From Candidatus Poribacteria bacterium (GTDB taxonomy: Bacteria; Poribacteria; WGA-4E; PCPOR2b), in assembly GCA_965207975.1 (NCBI GenBank), contig OZ242315.1, positions 5,975,197-6,039,196 on the forward strand: a stretch of DNA of 64,000 nt, in the 5' to 3' direction. The stretch's first letter is position 1; each line of letters opens with the position of its first letter. Under the pieces are notes generated by a model, which saw only the letters and a program-made list of their open reading frames with translations, was not told where the DNA came from and searched no databases. The translations under genes and the position numbers were made by a program. This document shows positions 37,773-47,965 of this stretch, in pieces.

Positions 37773-40700
37773 ATGATGAACTACAAGCAGAAATTAGGCT
37801 ACATTCGACAAAACGGAGGGCTTATGAAACAGCAATCTTTCTTATTTCAGATCAAAAAGTCGATTCAGGCTTTACCGATAGTGCTGGCACTTATTGCAGT
37901 GTTGGTATCTATTCCATCAGGGGTGTATGCAAAAATGGGCGCAAGACAAGAGCTTCAACGGAAAGCAGCCGCGACACTGCAGCGTATTAAGTCCGCTTCA
38001 GCCACCGGAGTTCGTGTTCGCTGGCATCGGGACAGAGGGACGGTACGGAGCCTCTACAATCTAACCTTACCTGCACCAGTGGGGACGCCTGAAACATCAG
38101 CGCGTCAATGCCTTAGCGATTACTGCGACTTGTTTGCGATGACCGATCCGACGGTCGAGTTACGGTTAAAAGTTGTCCAAAACAGTTTAACGGGCAGGCA
38201 TATCCGATTCCACCAATACCATAGAGGCATTGAAGTGTATGGCGCATCAATCTCGGTCCATATCAATCACAGTGGTCAGATACGGGTTATCCACAACAAC
38301 TACTTCCCCCAAATCGACATCAGCACATCGGCATCGCTTTCAGCGGAACAGGCGATAAGCGTCGCTCTCCCCGAGTCGGGTGCGATTGATTTACGGAAGC
38401 CGTCGCAGGCGGGGTTGGCCATTTTCCCTGTTCGCAATGGTGCGTACCACCTCGCTTACCGTGTGATAGTGCACCTCCGTCGCCCGTTAGCGGGTTGGGA
38501 GTATATCATAGATGCCCACACCGGTGCGCCGTTACATCGACGAAGTGTGCTGAGGTCTGTGGACGGGCAGGGTCGTGTATTTAACCCGAACCCTGTTGTC
38601 GCACTTAAAGATGTGACACTGATGGATCAGGACGATTCAGCGGAGGCGATCCCCGATGAAGCCTACACCGACGTGATACTCCCCGAACTGGACGGGACCG
38701 GTTTTCTGGATGGGCGATACGTGAGCACTATATTGACCCCCGATCGTGCGAACGAACCGACATTGGAATACAACTACCTGCGCGACGATCCCCGATTCGA
38801 GGAGGTAATGGTGTACTATCACGTCGATGCGGTGGGCCGTTATCTGAAAGGGCTCGGCTTCGATTTCGTGGACGATTGGCAGATCCCCACCAATGTCCAC
38901 GTTGATGACTCAAACAATGCGTTCTACGACGACAGCGACGGCTCAATCAACTTCGGGGATGGCGGAGTCGATACCGCCGAAGACGCCGAAGTGATTATCC
39001 ACGAATACGGTCATGCGATTCTGGATCGACAGGTGCCCGGCATCTACATCGGTGAAGGGGGTGCGATACACGAAGGGTTTAGCGATTTTCTGGCAGCCAG
39101 TTTTTACAGTGCTGTCAGCGATGGCTTCGGTGATACGATTGTTTTTGACTGGGCAGGTTTAGAAGCTGCTGAGTATTTAACCCGTCCCGTAGATGGTCAC
39201 AAGCACTACCCCGAAGATCTGGTAGGCGCGCCACACGACGATGGCGAGATGTGGTCCGCATCATTATGGGAGCTTTTCCAAGCACTCGGACGCGACGGGT
39301 CGATACGGTTGGTTATTGAGAGCCATTTCTATCTATCGTCCGACGCAGAATTTGTCGATGGTGCATCCGCGCTCTTTATGGCGGATCAGGAACTAAACGG
39401 CGGTGTGAATGGCGACCTGATTTTGTCGGTCATGGAGAACCGTGGCCTCTTGACACCGCCAAAATTGGCATCCGATACCTTTGAGCCTAACGACACAGCG
39501 GACACCGCTTCCGTGGTGGAACTTCCGTTTATCAACGGAGAGGTGTCTGTCCATACAGGTGACGATGCGGATCACTATCAGTTCCAGTTAATCGAGCCGA
39601 TGCAGGTTGGGGTGGGCATAGATTTCCAACCGATCTACGGAGAGTTGATGCTCACCTTGACCGGACCCACGGGTGTAGCACTGGTTAACTTTGAGACGAA
39701 AGCGATCACATCGCTCGAACTGGAGCCGGGCGATTATCTAATTGCTGTTTCAGGTGTCAACGGTGCGACCAACGATTATCAGCTCGCGCTCATCATCGAC
39801 AACCACGGCGATACCCCGGAATCAGCAACCGCTGTAGCGATTGGTGATACGGTAGAGAGCTTCATCGAGTTCAGCGGTGATACTGATTTCTTTGCATTTG
39901 AAGGTGAACAAGGAACGCTGATTGACATCACTATTGAGACGGACGACTCCGATCTCGATTCGCTCCTTGTCGTTTATGGACCCGACGGTGTGCTATTTGC
40001 CAAAAACGATGATGTTGTCTCCCTGTTTGACCCGTTTGCCGAACTCAATCCGAGTGGGATAGATTCCCGTGTGAATGAAGAACTGCCCGCCAATGGGACG
40101 TATCTGCTCGCAGTGAGTAACATCGCCCCGCCCAAACTGAACGCCCCCTTTGGTGGGGTCAACTATTCTTATACGCTGTCGATAACAGAAAATGTTGACG
40201 ACCATGCGCCGTGCGGTAGCGGCGAGGAGACGCCGTTGGTTTGGGGCGAACCAATAACGGGAGTGATCAATCTATTTACCGATCCAGAGAATCCCTTTGG
40301 CGAAGATGCCGACGGGTTTCGGTTCGATGCCGCTGCGGACGATGTCATCAGCTTGCACCTTGCCGTCGAAAGCAGCAACGAGTTTGCATTTACAACCCTC
40401 CGCCTGTTAGATGAATTGGGTAATGAGTTACTCTCTACCCAGCCCCCTTTCGATGGCTCAGACGTGCGGATTGAGGGCTTTGAAATTGGTGTTGATGGTG
40501 TCTATTGTGTCGAAGTCAGCGGTAGGATTTCCTTGACAGACGAGGATTACACCTATACGCTCACACTCTCTGAAGGCGAACTCCAGGACGATGATCACGA
40601 TGCTCGGTGGGGAGATCCGATGCCTATCACATCGGGTGTGCCGATTGAGGGGGTCATCAGTTTTGACGGGGATGCCGATGCGTTCCAGTTTACCGCTACA

Positions 40701-41837
40701 GCGGGTGCGGTCATTACGTTAAATGTGGAGCTCAACTCCCCAGCCCCGTTCTTCGGTGTGATGGCGACCTTGTATGACTCCGATTTAGAGCGGTTGACGG
40801 AGTCTCTCTGGAGCGGGTTTGATGAACCGGAGGGTGATATTTTCGATTTTGATGAGCTACGAAACGGATTTACGATCCCTGAGACCGGCACTTACTATGT
40901 CGAGGTCGCCTCTTTTTTCGGAGAGAGTGACGAGAATTCTAGCTACACGCTCACCTTAACGATCGAAGGCGGAACGGAACTCGGGCTGTTTCCGCCCTAT
41001 GATGTGAACCAAGATGGCAAGGTGAACATCTTTGATCTGGTGCTTGTTGGTCAACATTTCGGCGAGCAATTCATTAACGCCACGCCCACCGCTGATTTTG
41101 GACAGCTCCGCTCGGTCTCGGCCGAAGGGGAGTTGCGGCTTTTGATGATGCCGAGTGCAACCGATAGACGACAATTGACGGTCTCAATTGACACCACAGC
41201 GATTGCTGATCTTTACGGCTACCATTTCTCAATCCAGTATGATTCGACGGTGTTGGAACTCCTGACCGCCTCACCGAGCCTGCAGCTGGCAGATGCGCTG
41301 CAACAGAGTTATTGGAATGTCGCTCAACATGGGACACAACTGGAACTGATACAGACGCGCCAGGGCGCAACCGAAGGTGTCGCGGCTGAAGGGGCACTGG
41401 CGACACTGGTTTTTGAGGTCAAAGAGACCCAAGTGCCGACCCCGCCTGTCCAGTTGGTTTCGGTGCAACTGGCGGATTCGCTGACACGCGCGATTCTTGT
41501 CGATCTGGTTACGGAACGGGTCTTGATGACGGAGCTGTTCCCTGATAAGCCGATGTTAATGCAAAACTACCCTAACCCGTTTAACCCCGAAACATGGATC
41601 CCATATCAACTCTCTACCGATTCGGAGGTAGTTCTGTCAATTTACGATTCAAACGGTGAGCCTGTCCGTCGATTCGATGTGGGGTATCAGCACGTCGGGA
41701 CATACGCCACTCGTGGTCGGGCGGTCTACTGGAATGGCAGAAATGAGTTTGGTGAGCCTGTGGTAAGTGGTATATATTTCTATCACCTCTCTGCTGGCGA
41801 TTATTCCGCCACACGGAAAATGGCTATCGTCAAATAG
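37773..41837 (+). CDS. Large secreted thermolysin/fungalysin-like (M4/M36-type) zinc metalloprotease with FTP/PepSY propeptide, multiple PPC-like domains, dockerin-type repeat and a T9SS C-terminal sorting domain
   Basis: HEYGHAILD (HExxH) followed by GAIHEGFSDF (E-x-x-S-D third ligand). N-terminal signal peptide after MMNYKQK... Repeated xPNDTADTA...GDDADHYQF modules; YDVNQDGKVNIFDLVLVGQHFG; C-terminal LMQNYPNPFNPETWIPYQL...GIYFYHLSAGDYSATRKMAIVK. The start is uncertain (37773 or 37824). Confidence 0.7.
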   Translation: MMNYKQKLGYIRQNGGLMKQQSFLFQIKKSIQALPIVLALIAVLVSIPSGVYAKMGARQELQRKAAATLQRIKSASATGVRVRWHRDRGTVRSLYNLTLPAPVGTPETSARQCLSDYCDLFAMTDPTVELRLKVVQNSLTGRHIRFHQYHRGIEVYGASISVHINHSGQIRVIHNNYFPQIDISTSASLSAEQAISVALPESGAIDLRKPSQAGLAIFPVRNGAYHLAYRVIVHLRRPLAGWEYIIDAHTGAPLHRRSVLRSVDGQGRVFNPNPVVALKDVTLMDQDDSAEAIPDEAYTDVILPELDGTGFLDGRYVSTILTPDRANEPTLEYNYLRDDPRFEEVMVYYHVDAVGRYLKGLGFDFVDDWQIPTNVHVDDSNNAFYDDSDGSINFGDGGVDTAEDAEVIIHEYGHAILDRQVPGIYIGEGGAIHEGFSDFLAASFYSAVSDGFGDTIVFDWAGLEAAEYLTRPVDGHKHYPEDLVGAPHDDGEMWSASLWELFQALGRDGSIRLVIESHFYLSSDAEFVDGASALFMADQELNGGVNGDLILSVMENRGLLTPPKLASDTFEPNDTADTASVVELPFINGEVSVHTGDDADHYQFQLIEPMQVGVGIDFQPIYGELMLTLTGPTGVALVNFETKAITSLELEPGDYLIAVSGVNGATNDYQLALIIDNHGDTPESATAVAIGDTVESFIEFSGDTDFFAFEGEQGTLIDITIETDDSDLDSLLVVYGPDGVLFAKNDDVVSLFDPFAELNPSGIDSRVNEELPANGTYLLAVSNIAPPKLNAPFGGVNYSYTLSITENVDDHAPCGSGEETPLVWGEPITGVINLFTDPENPFGEDADGFRFDAAADDVISLHLAVESSNEFAFTTLRLLDELGNELLSTQPPFDGSDVRIEGFEIGVDGVYCVEVSGRISLTDEDYTYTLTLSEGELQDDDHDARWGDPMPITSGVPIEGVISFDGDADAFQFTATAGAVITLNVELNSPAPFFGVMATLYDSDLERLTESLWSGFDEPEGDIFDFDELRNGFTIPETGTYYVEVASFFGESDENSSYTLTLTIEGGTELGLFPPYDVNQDGKVNIFDLVLVGQHFGEQFINATPTADFGQLRSVSAEGELRLLMMPSATDRRQLTVSIDTTAIADLYGYHFSIQYDSTVLELLTASPSLQLADALQQSYWNVAQHGTQLELIQTRQGATEGVAAEGALATLVFEVKETQVPTPPVQLVSVQLADSLTRAILVDLVTERVLMTELFPDKPMLMQNYPNPFNPETWIPYQLSTDSEVVLSIYDSNGEPVRRFDVGYQHVGTYATRGRAVYWNGRNEFGEPVVSGIYFYHLSAGDYSATRKMAIVK

Positions 41838-41936
41838 TATCAAATGACCCTATGATGGTTGGAATGCCGATGAATCCCCGGTCACGGGACAGGCAAGACA
41901 GTCCGTCCCGTGACCGGGGATATACCGTCTACAACT

Positions 41937-42911
41937 TTAATGGCGGGTGGACTGTAAACGCGCCTTTACAGTCCCTTGCTTCAAGGTTCCCCAGAGTGTT
42001 GCCTGCGTGTGTGTGTTTGGCGAAACGGATAACCCCGATGGTGCCCATGCAGGAGAAAATTCCACGCCTGGATCTTGTGTCAATTGTTGGATCTTCCCGT
42101 CCGCTACACGGATGAGATGGATGTCTTTGTTACCGCCTTGAGTTGACACATAGGCGATCCATTGTCCGTCGGGCGACTCGGCAGGTTCTTCGCAGGCTTG
42201 CGGGGCGTTTACCAACTTCCGGACATTTCTTCCGTTGACATCTATAGCAAACAGGGTGGGTATCTCTACATTGTCGAGCATATCGCTAGAGAAGTAAATT
42301 TCTTTGCCGTTAGCTGCCCAAGTGGGGTTTGCCGCAGATACCTGCGTGAGGGCACGCTGTTTTTTGCCATTTGCATTCATCAGATGGATGGCACCGAAAC
42401 CGTCCAGTGTGGTACGGAACGCGATCCACTGCCCGTCCGGCGACCACGCCGGTGTTGAATTGTGTCCACCCTTGTTTGTGAGTTGTTGTGCCTTCTTGCC
42501 GCTTGGGTTCATTATGTAGATGTCGGTATCTGCTGCATGTTCTCTATGTTGGTTGGAGGCAAATGCAATCCAGCGTCCATCGGGTGACCAAGCGGGATCT
42601 GCGTCCGTTGCGCGATTGTTTGTTAGCCGTCGAGGCTCCTTGTTTTTCATCTCCATCACGTAAATCTCTGGATTCCCATCCCTGTGTGAAACATAGGCAA
42701 CAGCACTGCCATCAGGTGCCCACGTCGGGGAAGAGTCCTCCGCCGGATGGTTTGTTAAGTTAACGGGATTCTTGCGATTGATATCCATGATGTAGATTTC
42801 GAGATTTCCGGTGAGATCAGCGGTGAAGGAAATCGTCTTATTGCCCCAAGAGTTTATAGTCAACAGACTGCTCGCTATCAGCAACATTTTCCAAACTAAT
42901 TTTTGTTTCAT
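41937..42911 (-). CDS. Secreted PD40 (TolB-like) beta-propeller repeat protein
   Basis: Signal peptide MKQKLVWKMLLIASSLLTINS; repeated ...SPxWSPDGxxIAFxS...IYxM units. Confidence 0.75.
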   Translation of the reverse strand: MKQKLVWKMLLIASSLLTINSWGNKTISFTADLTGNLEIYIMDINRKNPVNLTNHPAEDSSPTWAPDGSAVAYVSHRDGNPEIYVMEMKNKEPRRLTNNRATDADPAWSPDGRWIAFASNQHREHAADTDIYIMNPSGKKAQQLTNKGGHNSTPAWSPDGQWIAFRTTLDGFGAIHLMNANGKKQRALTQVSAANPTWAANGKEIYFSSDMLDNVEIPTLFAIDVNGRNVRKLVNAPQACEEPAESPDGQWIAYVSTQGGNKDIHLIRVADGKIQQLTQDPGVEFSPAWAPSGLSVSPNTHTQATLWGTLKQGTVKARLQSTRH

Positions 42912-43055
42912 GGATAAGTCTTCCCTGTTTTCTTGCACTTTTCGGTCAGTTGAGAGGTACTGCTATACGCATGTCAGCGCGGGGAAACCAGATGCCCTGC
43001 CCCGATAAATCGGGATGCAAACACCTACAATTAGCTGCGTAAGTCCTATGCTATG

Positions 43056-45074
43056 TTAAAACGTGACCGAAATACCCAATGTTGGCAGAATCGGCAGCAT
43101 CGGCTCTTCATCAATCTCACATCCGAGCAGTGCCCCTGTTTCCTCGTCTCGCCTCTCACTGAACGCATATTGGTCAACGTTAGAGCGATTGTATAAATTT
43201 AAGATTTGGAAATACCAGGTGAGCTCCCACCGGCTGTATGGATTCCGTTTCGTAAACCGAAAATCGAGACTGTGATAGGGTGGTAGCCGCTCTGAATGCG
43301 TCTCCCCAAACTGGCGGTCACACGCGCTGCTACCTCCCGGCTGCGAAACCAGCACATGCGTCAACGGTGTTCTTGGTTCGCCGGTATGGAAACGCCAGGT
43401 AAGGTAGAGATGCCATCCGCGTGAAAGTTGGTGACTGCTGTTGAGCGCGATAGAATGCCGTCGGTCGGACTGCCGAAAAAATGTCTCACCGCCTGCACTT
43501 TCTTTTGCATCGGCGTACGCATAGCCGAATCCCCACGTGAGCCGATTTGAAACTGTATGTGTTACGAAAACATCCACCCCTTTTGCGTTGCCGGATTCTG
43601 GGGGAACGAAAATCTGAGTCTGTCGTCCGAACTCCCGGAGCCGCCCTGAGAGATTGTCCAATGTTTTGTAATACGCCTCCAAACGGAGCAAGAAATTAGC
43701 GTTTGGATGGTATTCACCGCCGAGAATGTAATGAATCGCTTGTTCAGCACGTCCGACGGTTTGAACGTTATCCTCCACAGGAATATTCATCATGGGAATG
43801 GGTTGGTGATAGATCCCCCACGCACCACGCAGCACCAGTTTCTCTGTTGGGCGTACTGCAAGTGCAACCCGAGGTCCGATCTCATAGCGCTGGATACCGG
43901 TCGCGCGATAGTCCTGAAACCCGTACCGTCCTCCCACATTGAGTGCGAGTTTTGGATGTAACTGCCACTCGTCTTGAAGAAACGCCTTGATTTCACTGCC
44001 GCTGTCTTCAAAATCTGCGAGGATTCGTGTGTACTGATCTATTCCGGGCTGTCGTTCTCGGACATCGTAATCGTATTGTGCTGTTGTCAAACGCCATTCT
44101 ATTCCGCTGCGAAACAGATGTTTATCTAGGAAACCGGCTGTGACTTCCGTTTTGGTGCCGAAGAAACGGAACGAGCGGACATCAGAATTTGCCACTCCGG
44201 TCCGACGATCGTGCGCTGCGGTTCCCCCAAAAACGAACACATCGGACCAGTTCGCCGTACCGAAGTGATGCCGCCACCGCGTCCAAACGGTTAAATTATC
44301 GTAGCGCGAATCTAAGTTGTTGTCGGGATCTCCTTGCCGAATCCGATTCTTATCCCATCCATAAAGTCCGTTAAGCGTGAGTGTATCTTTCTGTGTTGGT
44401 GCGTAGGTCAGTTTGCCATAGAGATCCGCGTATTGTGGTTTGTAGTCCTCGTCGAAATCAATCATTGCAAGGATCAGATCAACGTAACCCCGGCGTGCTG
44501 ACAGTCGCCATGACCCTTTTTCTGATAAGGGTCCCTCTACCATCGTGGTTGTATTGATAAGGTCAAGTCCGAAATTAGCAGAAACTTTTTCAATGTCTCC
44601 TTCTTTTGTTGTGATGTCAAACACACCGGACATTTTATCCCCGTACTCCGCTGGGAAACCACCCATCAACAATTCGACGCGCTGGATTAAATCGAGCCCG
44701 ACGAGCGAAACCGCGCCGCCAAAGTCTTGTAAATGGTATGGATTGAAGAGTTCCATCCCGTCTAATCTCACCAAAATGTCGTCCTTTTCGCCGCCGCGTA
44801 CGCTGAATCGTGCGCTGTAATCGCTTGCAACGATCCCCGGAAAAATATGTGCAGCCCGCATCGCATCGTTGCCAATCAGCGGAAACCGCTCAATTCGTTG
44901 CTTTGAGAGGGATAGCTTTGAAGGTGTCTCATCGTCAATTGCGAACCGGCCGGGTGTCACCACAATTTCGTCGAGTTGAACAGGTTCTGTGTCATCCTGT
45001 GCTGAAACGCTGAGGCAGCTTGCAATCCCAAAGAGTAGAAGAGGTAGACAGATTGAGTGGATGGATTTGACCAT
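43056..45074 (-). CDS. TonB-dependent outer-membrane receptor
   Basis: Signal peptide; plug-domain motifs (DEIVVTPGRF, RFSVRGG); 22-strand-sized beta-rich body; C-terminal aromatic residue (...GISVTF). Start placed at ATG 45074 (GAGGAT RBS) rather than GTG 45089. Confidence 0.75.
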   Translation of the reverse strand: MVKSIHSICLPLLLFGIASCLSVSAQDDTEPVQLDEIVVTPGRFAIDDETPSKLSLSKQRIERFPLIGNDAMRAAHIFPGIVASDYSARFSVRGGEKDDILVRLDGMELFNPYHLQDFGGAVSLVGLDLIQRVELLMGGFPAEYGDKMSGVFDITTKEGDIEKVSANFGLDLINTTTMVEGPLSEKGSWRLSARRGYVDLILAMIDFDEDYKPQYADLYGKLTYAPTQKDTLTLNGLYGWDKNRIRQGDPDNNLDSRYDNLTVWTRWRHHFGTANWSDVFVFGGTAAHDRRTGVANSDVRSFRFFGTKTEVTAGFLDKHLFRSGIEWRLTTAQYDYDVRERQPGIDQYTRILADFEDSGSEIKAFLQDEWQLHPKLALNVGGRYGFQDYRATGIQRYEIGPRVALAVRPTEKLVLRGAWGIYHQPIPMMNIPVEDNVQTVGRAEQAIHYILGGEYHPNANFLLRLEAYYKTLDNLSGRLREFGRQTQIFVPPESGNAKGVDVFVTHTVSNRLTWGFGYAYADAKESAGGETFFRQSDRRHSIALNSSHQLSRGWHLYLTWRFHTGEPRTPLTHVLVSQPGGSSACDRQFGETHSERLPPYHSLDFRFTKRNPYSRWELTWYFQILNLYNRSNVDQYAFSERRDEETGALLGCEIDEEPMLPILPTLGISVTF

Positions 45075-45234
45075 GAATTTGATCCTCACAATGTTTAAGT
45101 GTTTCTTCGATTATAGCACATTGTAGGCAAACAGCTAATGACCTGAATATATAGTAATCCTTGACCGGAGCGTAATTGAGGGGGAGATGGGTGTGTGCGA
45201 GATTCATCGCAGCGGTTTTCTCAATGCCTGACAA

Positions 45235-47553
45235 TTAAAATCGGTTATCAAGACTGACAATCACGTTGAACCCGGGCGCGTTGATACCGGAGCCGTGCTC
45301 GCGATACCGCTTATCGAGCAGGTTCTCAAGGGCGAGGGTGAGTCGATTGTATTGGGTCACCTGAACGCCGCCGCGCAAGTTAAGCGTTACCCAACCAGGT
45401 GAACCTTGTCCAATCGCTGCGCCATTGGCATCAAACTGGACCTCACTTGTGTCGCGGGTGGTTCCCGGAATCCGTGGGTCTCGAATATCGCTCCGATTTA
45501 ACCGTCTCTGCTCGGTTGCACCACGGACAAAGAATTCTGCCCAAAATCGTTGGGCAGGGGGCTCCCAGCGTATGCCAACCATACCGTTGAGAGGTGGTTC
45601 TCGACGGATCCGTTCTTCCCACGGCTGGTCCGGATCGGGTGCTGCGCCGTTGATGGTCAGCACCTTTCCACGGGTGAACATCGCATTACCGTAAAGGGAT
45701 AAACCGTTTTGAATCGGAATTGGAACCATTCCAGCAAACTCAATGCCTTGGATTTGCACTTCATCCACGTTGTCAAATACATAGACATCAACGCCCGGAT
45801 TGTTTTTCTGGATTTCCTGAATCAGGCTTGGAAGCGATTCTCCAGCGTAGGCATCTTCGACCGGGACACGGGTGACCAGATCGCTGACGCGACCATGGAA
45901 AAGGGTCAATGAACCGATGACCCACGGATAACGCGCCTTAAAGCCCCCTTCCGCTGTCCATCCTCTCTCCGATTTGAGGTCGGGCGATGGGGAGTCGATA
46001 CCTTCATTGGTGACCTCGACAGCGGTGGTATCGTTCAAAGAAGGCGCGCGGAATGATGTGGCAAAATTGGCGACAGCGTTCAACCCGTCAGTGACACTTA
46101 TGACCGCACCTGCGCTGCCGGTCCATGCGTTCCCGGCTTGGTTAAAATCCTTAAACTGCGGATCACGTATTGATAGGTCTGCGTGCGTGTTGTAAAGTGT
46201 ATATCGTCCACCGAGCGTCAGTTCGAGGCGTTCGTGCAGTTCGATTTCATCCTGAACGTAGAGATTTGCATCCCAGAATTGCGAACCGTTGATAAACCTA
46301 CCTTTGGTGTCGTCCACCTTTTCAGCACCGGTATTGATGTCGGTTTTGATTGTTTGGCTGGCAAGGGTATCAAGATAGAATTCACCACCTGCAACGACGC
46401 GTTGATTCGGCAGCGACGAACTGGTTGCCTGTGCGCTAAACCCCACTGTGTTGACGGTATCGAACCGCTCGCGACGTTCGGTTGCATCGCGTTTGAGTTC
46501 ATTTCGTCCTTCTTTCTGACGATGGAATGAGGTGGTGAATCGAATCCGGTCGATCGCCGTGGTTAGAGGTTTGGAGAGGTAGGTGGCGTAGAATAGATCT
46601 CGATCTTGGGGTTGAAAGAAAAACTCGTCAAACTCGCGCGGTGCAATCTTATCGTAGCGAGGGGTTTGCGGTTGTCGCCAGAGTTGGTAGGCAAGGTTGA
46701 CTGTGCTGGTGTCATTGAGTTTGTAAGTGAGTTTAGCGTTGCCGTCGTAGGCGTTCCACCCAAGTGGTCCTTCAGAATCAATCAGCCATTGGTCGGGGAC
46801 ATCTTTGGGAGGCCCATCGGAGACTTGCACATCCTTCGGTTTGTCGGTGACAATCTCAAATTTACGGTTCTTGTAGTGAAGGTCATAGCCGCTGCCCGGA
46901 TTAATATTGCCGAACCATCGCGCAGAGGCACCGACCGAAAATCCGAGTTGCTTTTGGCTGCCGACTATCTCAAGCCGTCCGAGCCGCTCGGCACTTCCCG
47001 AAGCGAATCGGGTGAAAGCACGGGGTTGGATGTTCCAATTATCTGTCGCGTTATCGCTAATGGTGGCTTTGGTGAACATACTGATGACCCCACCCATCGC
47101 ACCGCTGCCGTATAACATTGAACCGGCACCGCGCAGCACTTCAACCCGGTCGAGGTTGTCCGGGCTGGTCGTTGCCAAATACTGATTGGGACCGGAGCGG
47201 AAAGTGGAATTGTTGAGTCGAACACCATCAATCGCAAGGAAGGCTTGATAACCGGTAAGCCCACGCAGCAAGGGTGAACCTTGACCGACCGTTGTTTGCT
47301 GTGCCCAGACTCCCACTGTTTCACGCAGGATTCGGGGTGTCGTTGGAGCATTCATGCGCTCAATCTGCTCACGGTCGATGACGGAGACCGCGTTCGGTGT
47401 TCGGAAGGTATCTTTTTCGACGCGGGTTATGACAGTGACTTCCTCAAGCTCAACAGGAGGCGATTCTGCTTGGTTTCCTTGCGAGTACGTGAGATTAATG
47501 CTCCCTAGAAAAAGACTTAAACATAGCCATAGCTGTTTCAGTTTGACTTTCAT
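45235..47553 (-). CDS. TonB-dependent outer-membrane receptor
   Basis: Signal peptide MKVKLKQLWLCLSLFLGSINLTYSQG; LEEVTVITRVEK..., GSPLLRGLTG plug motifs; C-terminal ...SLDNRF. Start at ATG 47553 with AAGGAGA RBS. Confidence 0.75.
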   Translation of the reverse strand: MKVKLKQLWLCLSLFLGSINLTYSQGNQAESPPVELEEVTVITRVEKDTFRTPNAVSVIDREQIERMNAPTTPRILRETVGVWAQQTTVGQGSPLLRGLTGYQAFLAIDGVRLNNSTFRSGPNQYLATTSPDNLDRVEVLRGAGSMLYGSGAMGGVISMFTKATISDNATDNWNIQPRAFTRFASGSAERLGRLEIVGSQKQLGFSVGASARWFGNINPGSGYDLHYKNRKFEIVTDKPKDVQVSDGPPKDVPDQWLIDSEGPLGWNAYDGNAKLTYKLNDTSTVNLAYQLWRQPQTPRYDKIAPREFDEFFFQPQDRDLFYATYLSKPLTTAIDRIRFTTSFHRQKEGRNELKRDATERRERFDTVNTVGFSAQATSSSLPNQRVVAGGEFYLDTLASQTIKTDINTGAEKVDDTKGRFINGSQFWDANLYVQDEIELHERLELTLGGRYTLYNTHADLSIRDPQFKDFNQAGNAWTGSAGAVISVTDGLNAVANFATSFRAPSLNDTTAVEVTNEGIDSPSPDLKSERGWTAEGGFKARYPWVIGSLTLFHGRVSDLVTRVPVEDAYAGESLPSLIQEIQKNNPGVDVYVFDNVDEVQIQGIEFAGMVPIPIQNGLSLYGNAMFTRGKVLTINGAAPDPDQPWEERIRREPPLNGMVGIRWEPPAQRFWAEFFVRGATEQRRLNRSDIRDPRIPGTTRDTSEVQFDANGAAIGQGSPGWVTLNLRGGVQVTQYNRLTLALENLLDKRYREHGSGINAPGFNVIVSLDNRF

Positions 47554-47617
47554 CGTTTCTCCTTTCTCGGTATGATTTTTAGAAGATTGAATTTTTGAGA
47601 CCGTGTATTGACTTAAA

Positions 47618-47634
47618 GGCAATTTTTGTGCCAA
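47618..47634 (-). promoter_or_regulatory. Sigma-54 (RpoN) -24/-12 promoter TTGGCAC-N5-TTGCC, reading into the TonB-dependent receptor / PD40 gene string
   Basis: On the minus strand, TTGGCACAAAAATTGCC exactly fits the TGGCAC-N5-TTGCW consensus, about 65 nt upstream of the receptor ATG. Confidence 0.65.
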
Positions 47635-47825
47635 AGAGGCTTAAGGTCAAGATTGCGTCTGTAGGCGGATTCCTGACTAGTTTTATCCGACGAGACGCTG
47701 CTTATTGTTCAATTTCTGAACAGTTGTGTTTGTCTTTTGGACAGTTGTGTTTATTATAGAAGCACAGTTCGATCTGGGGTATAATAACAGGAATGATAGG
47801 TGGCTTCTGAGTGCCCCGTGTTTTT

Positions 47826-47856
47826 GAGGAAATAATGCGTAATATGCAATGCGTAA
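47826..47856. repeat. Partial copy of the aatgcgtaa element (aataatgcgtaatatgcaatgcgtaaaaaacg)
   Basis: Two aatgcgtaa units, as in 11395-11420. Confidence 0.4.
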
Positions 47857-47965
47857 AAAACGTGTCTCCAACTGATTGCAATGCCAAATTAGGTTGACAT
47901 ATTCCCAACCTAGTGGCACAATAATTACCAAGACTTTTTTGGATGAAAGGAAAGTAATTGAAATA

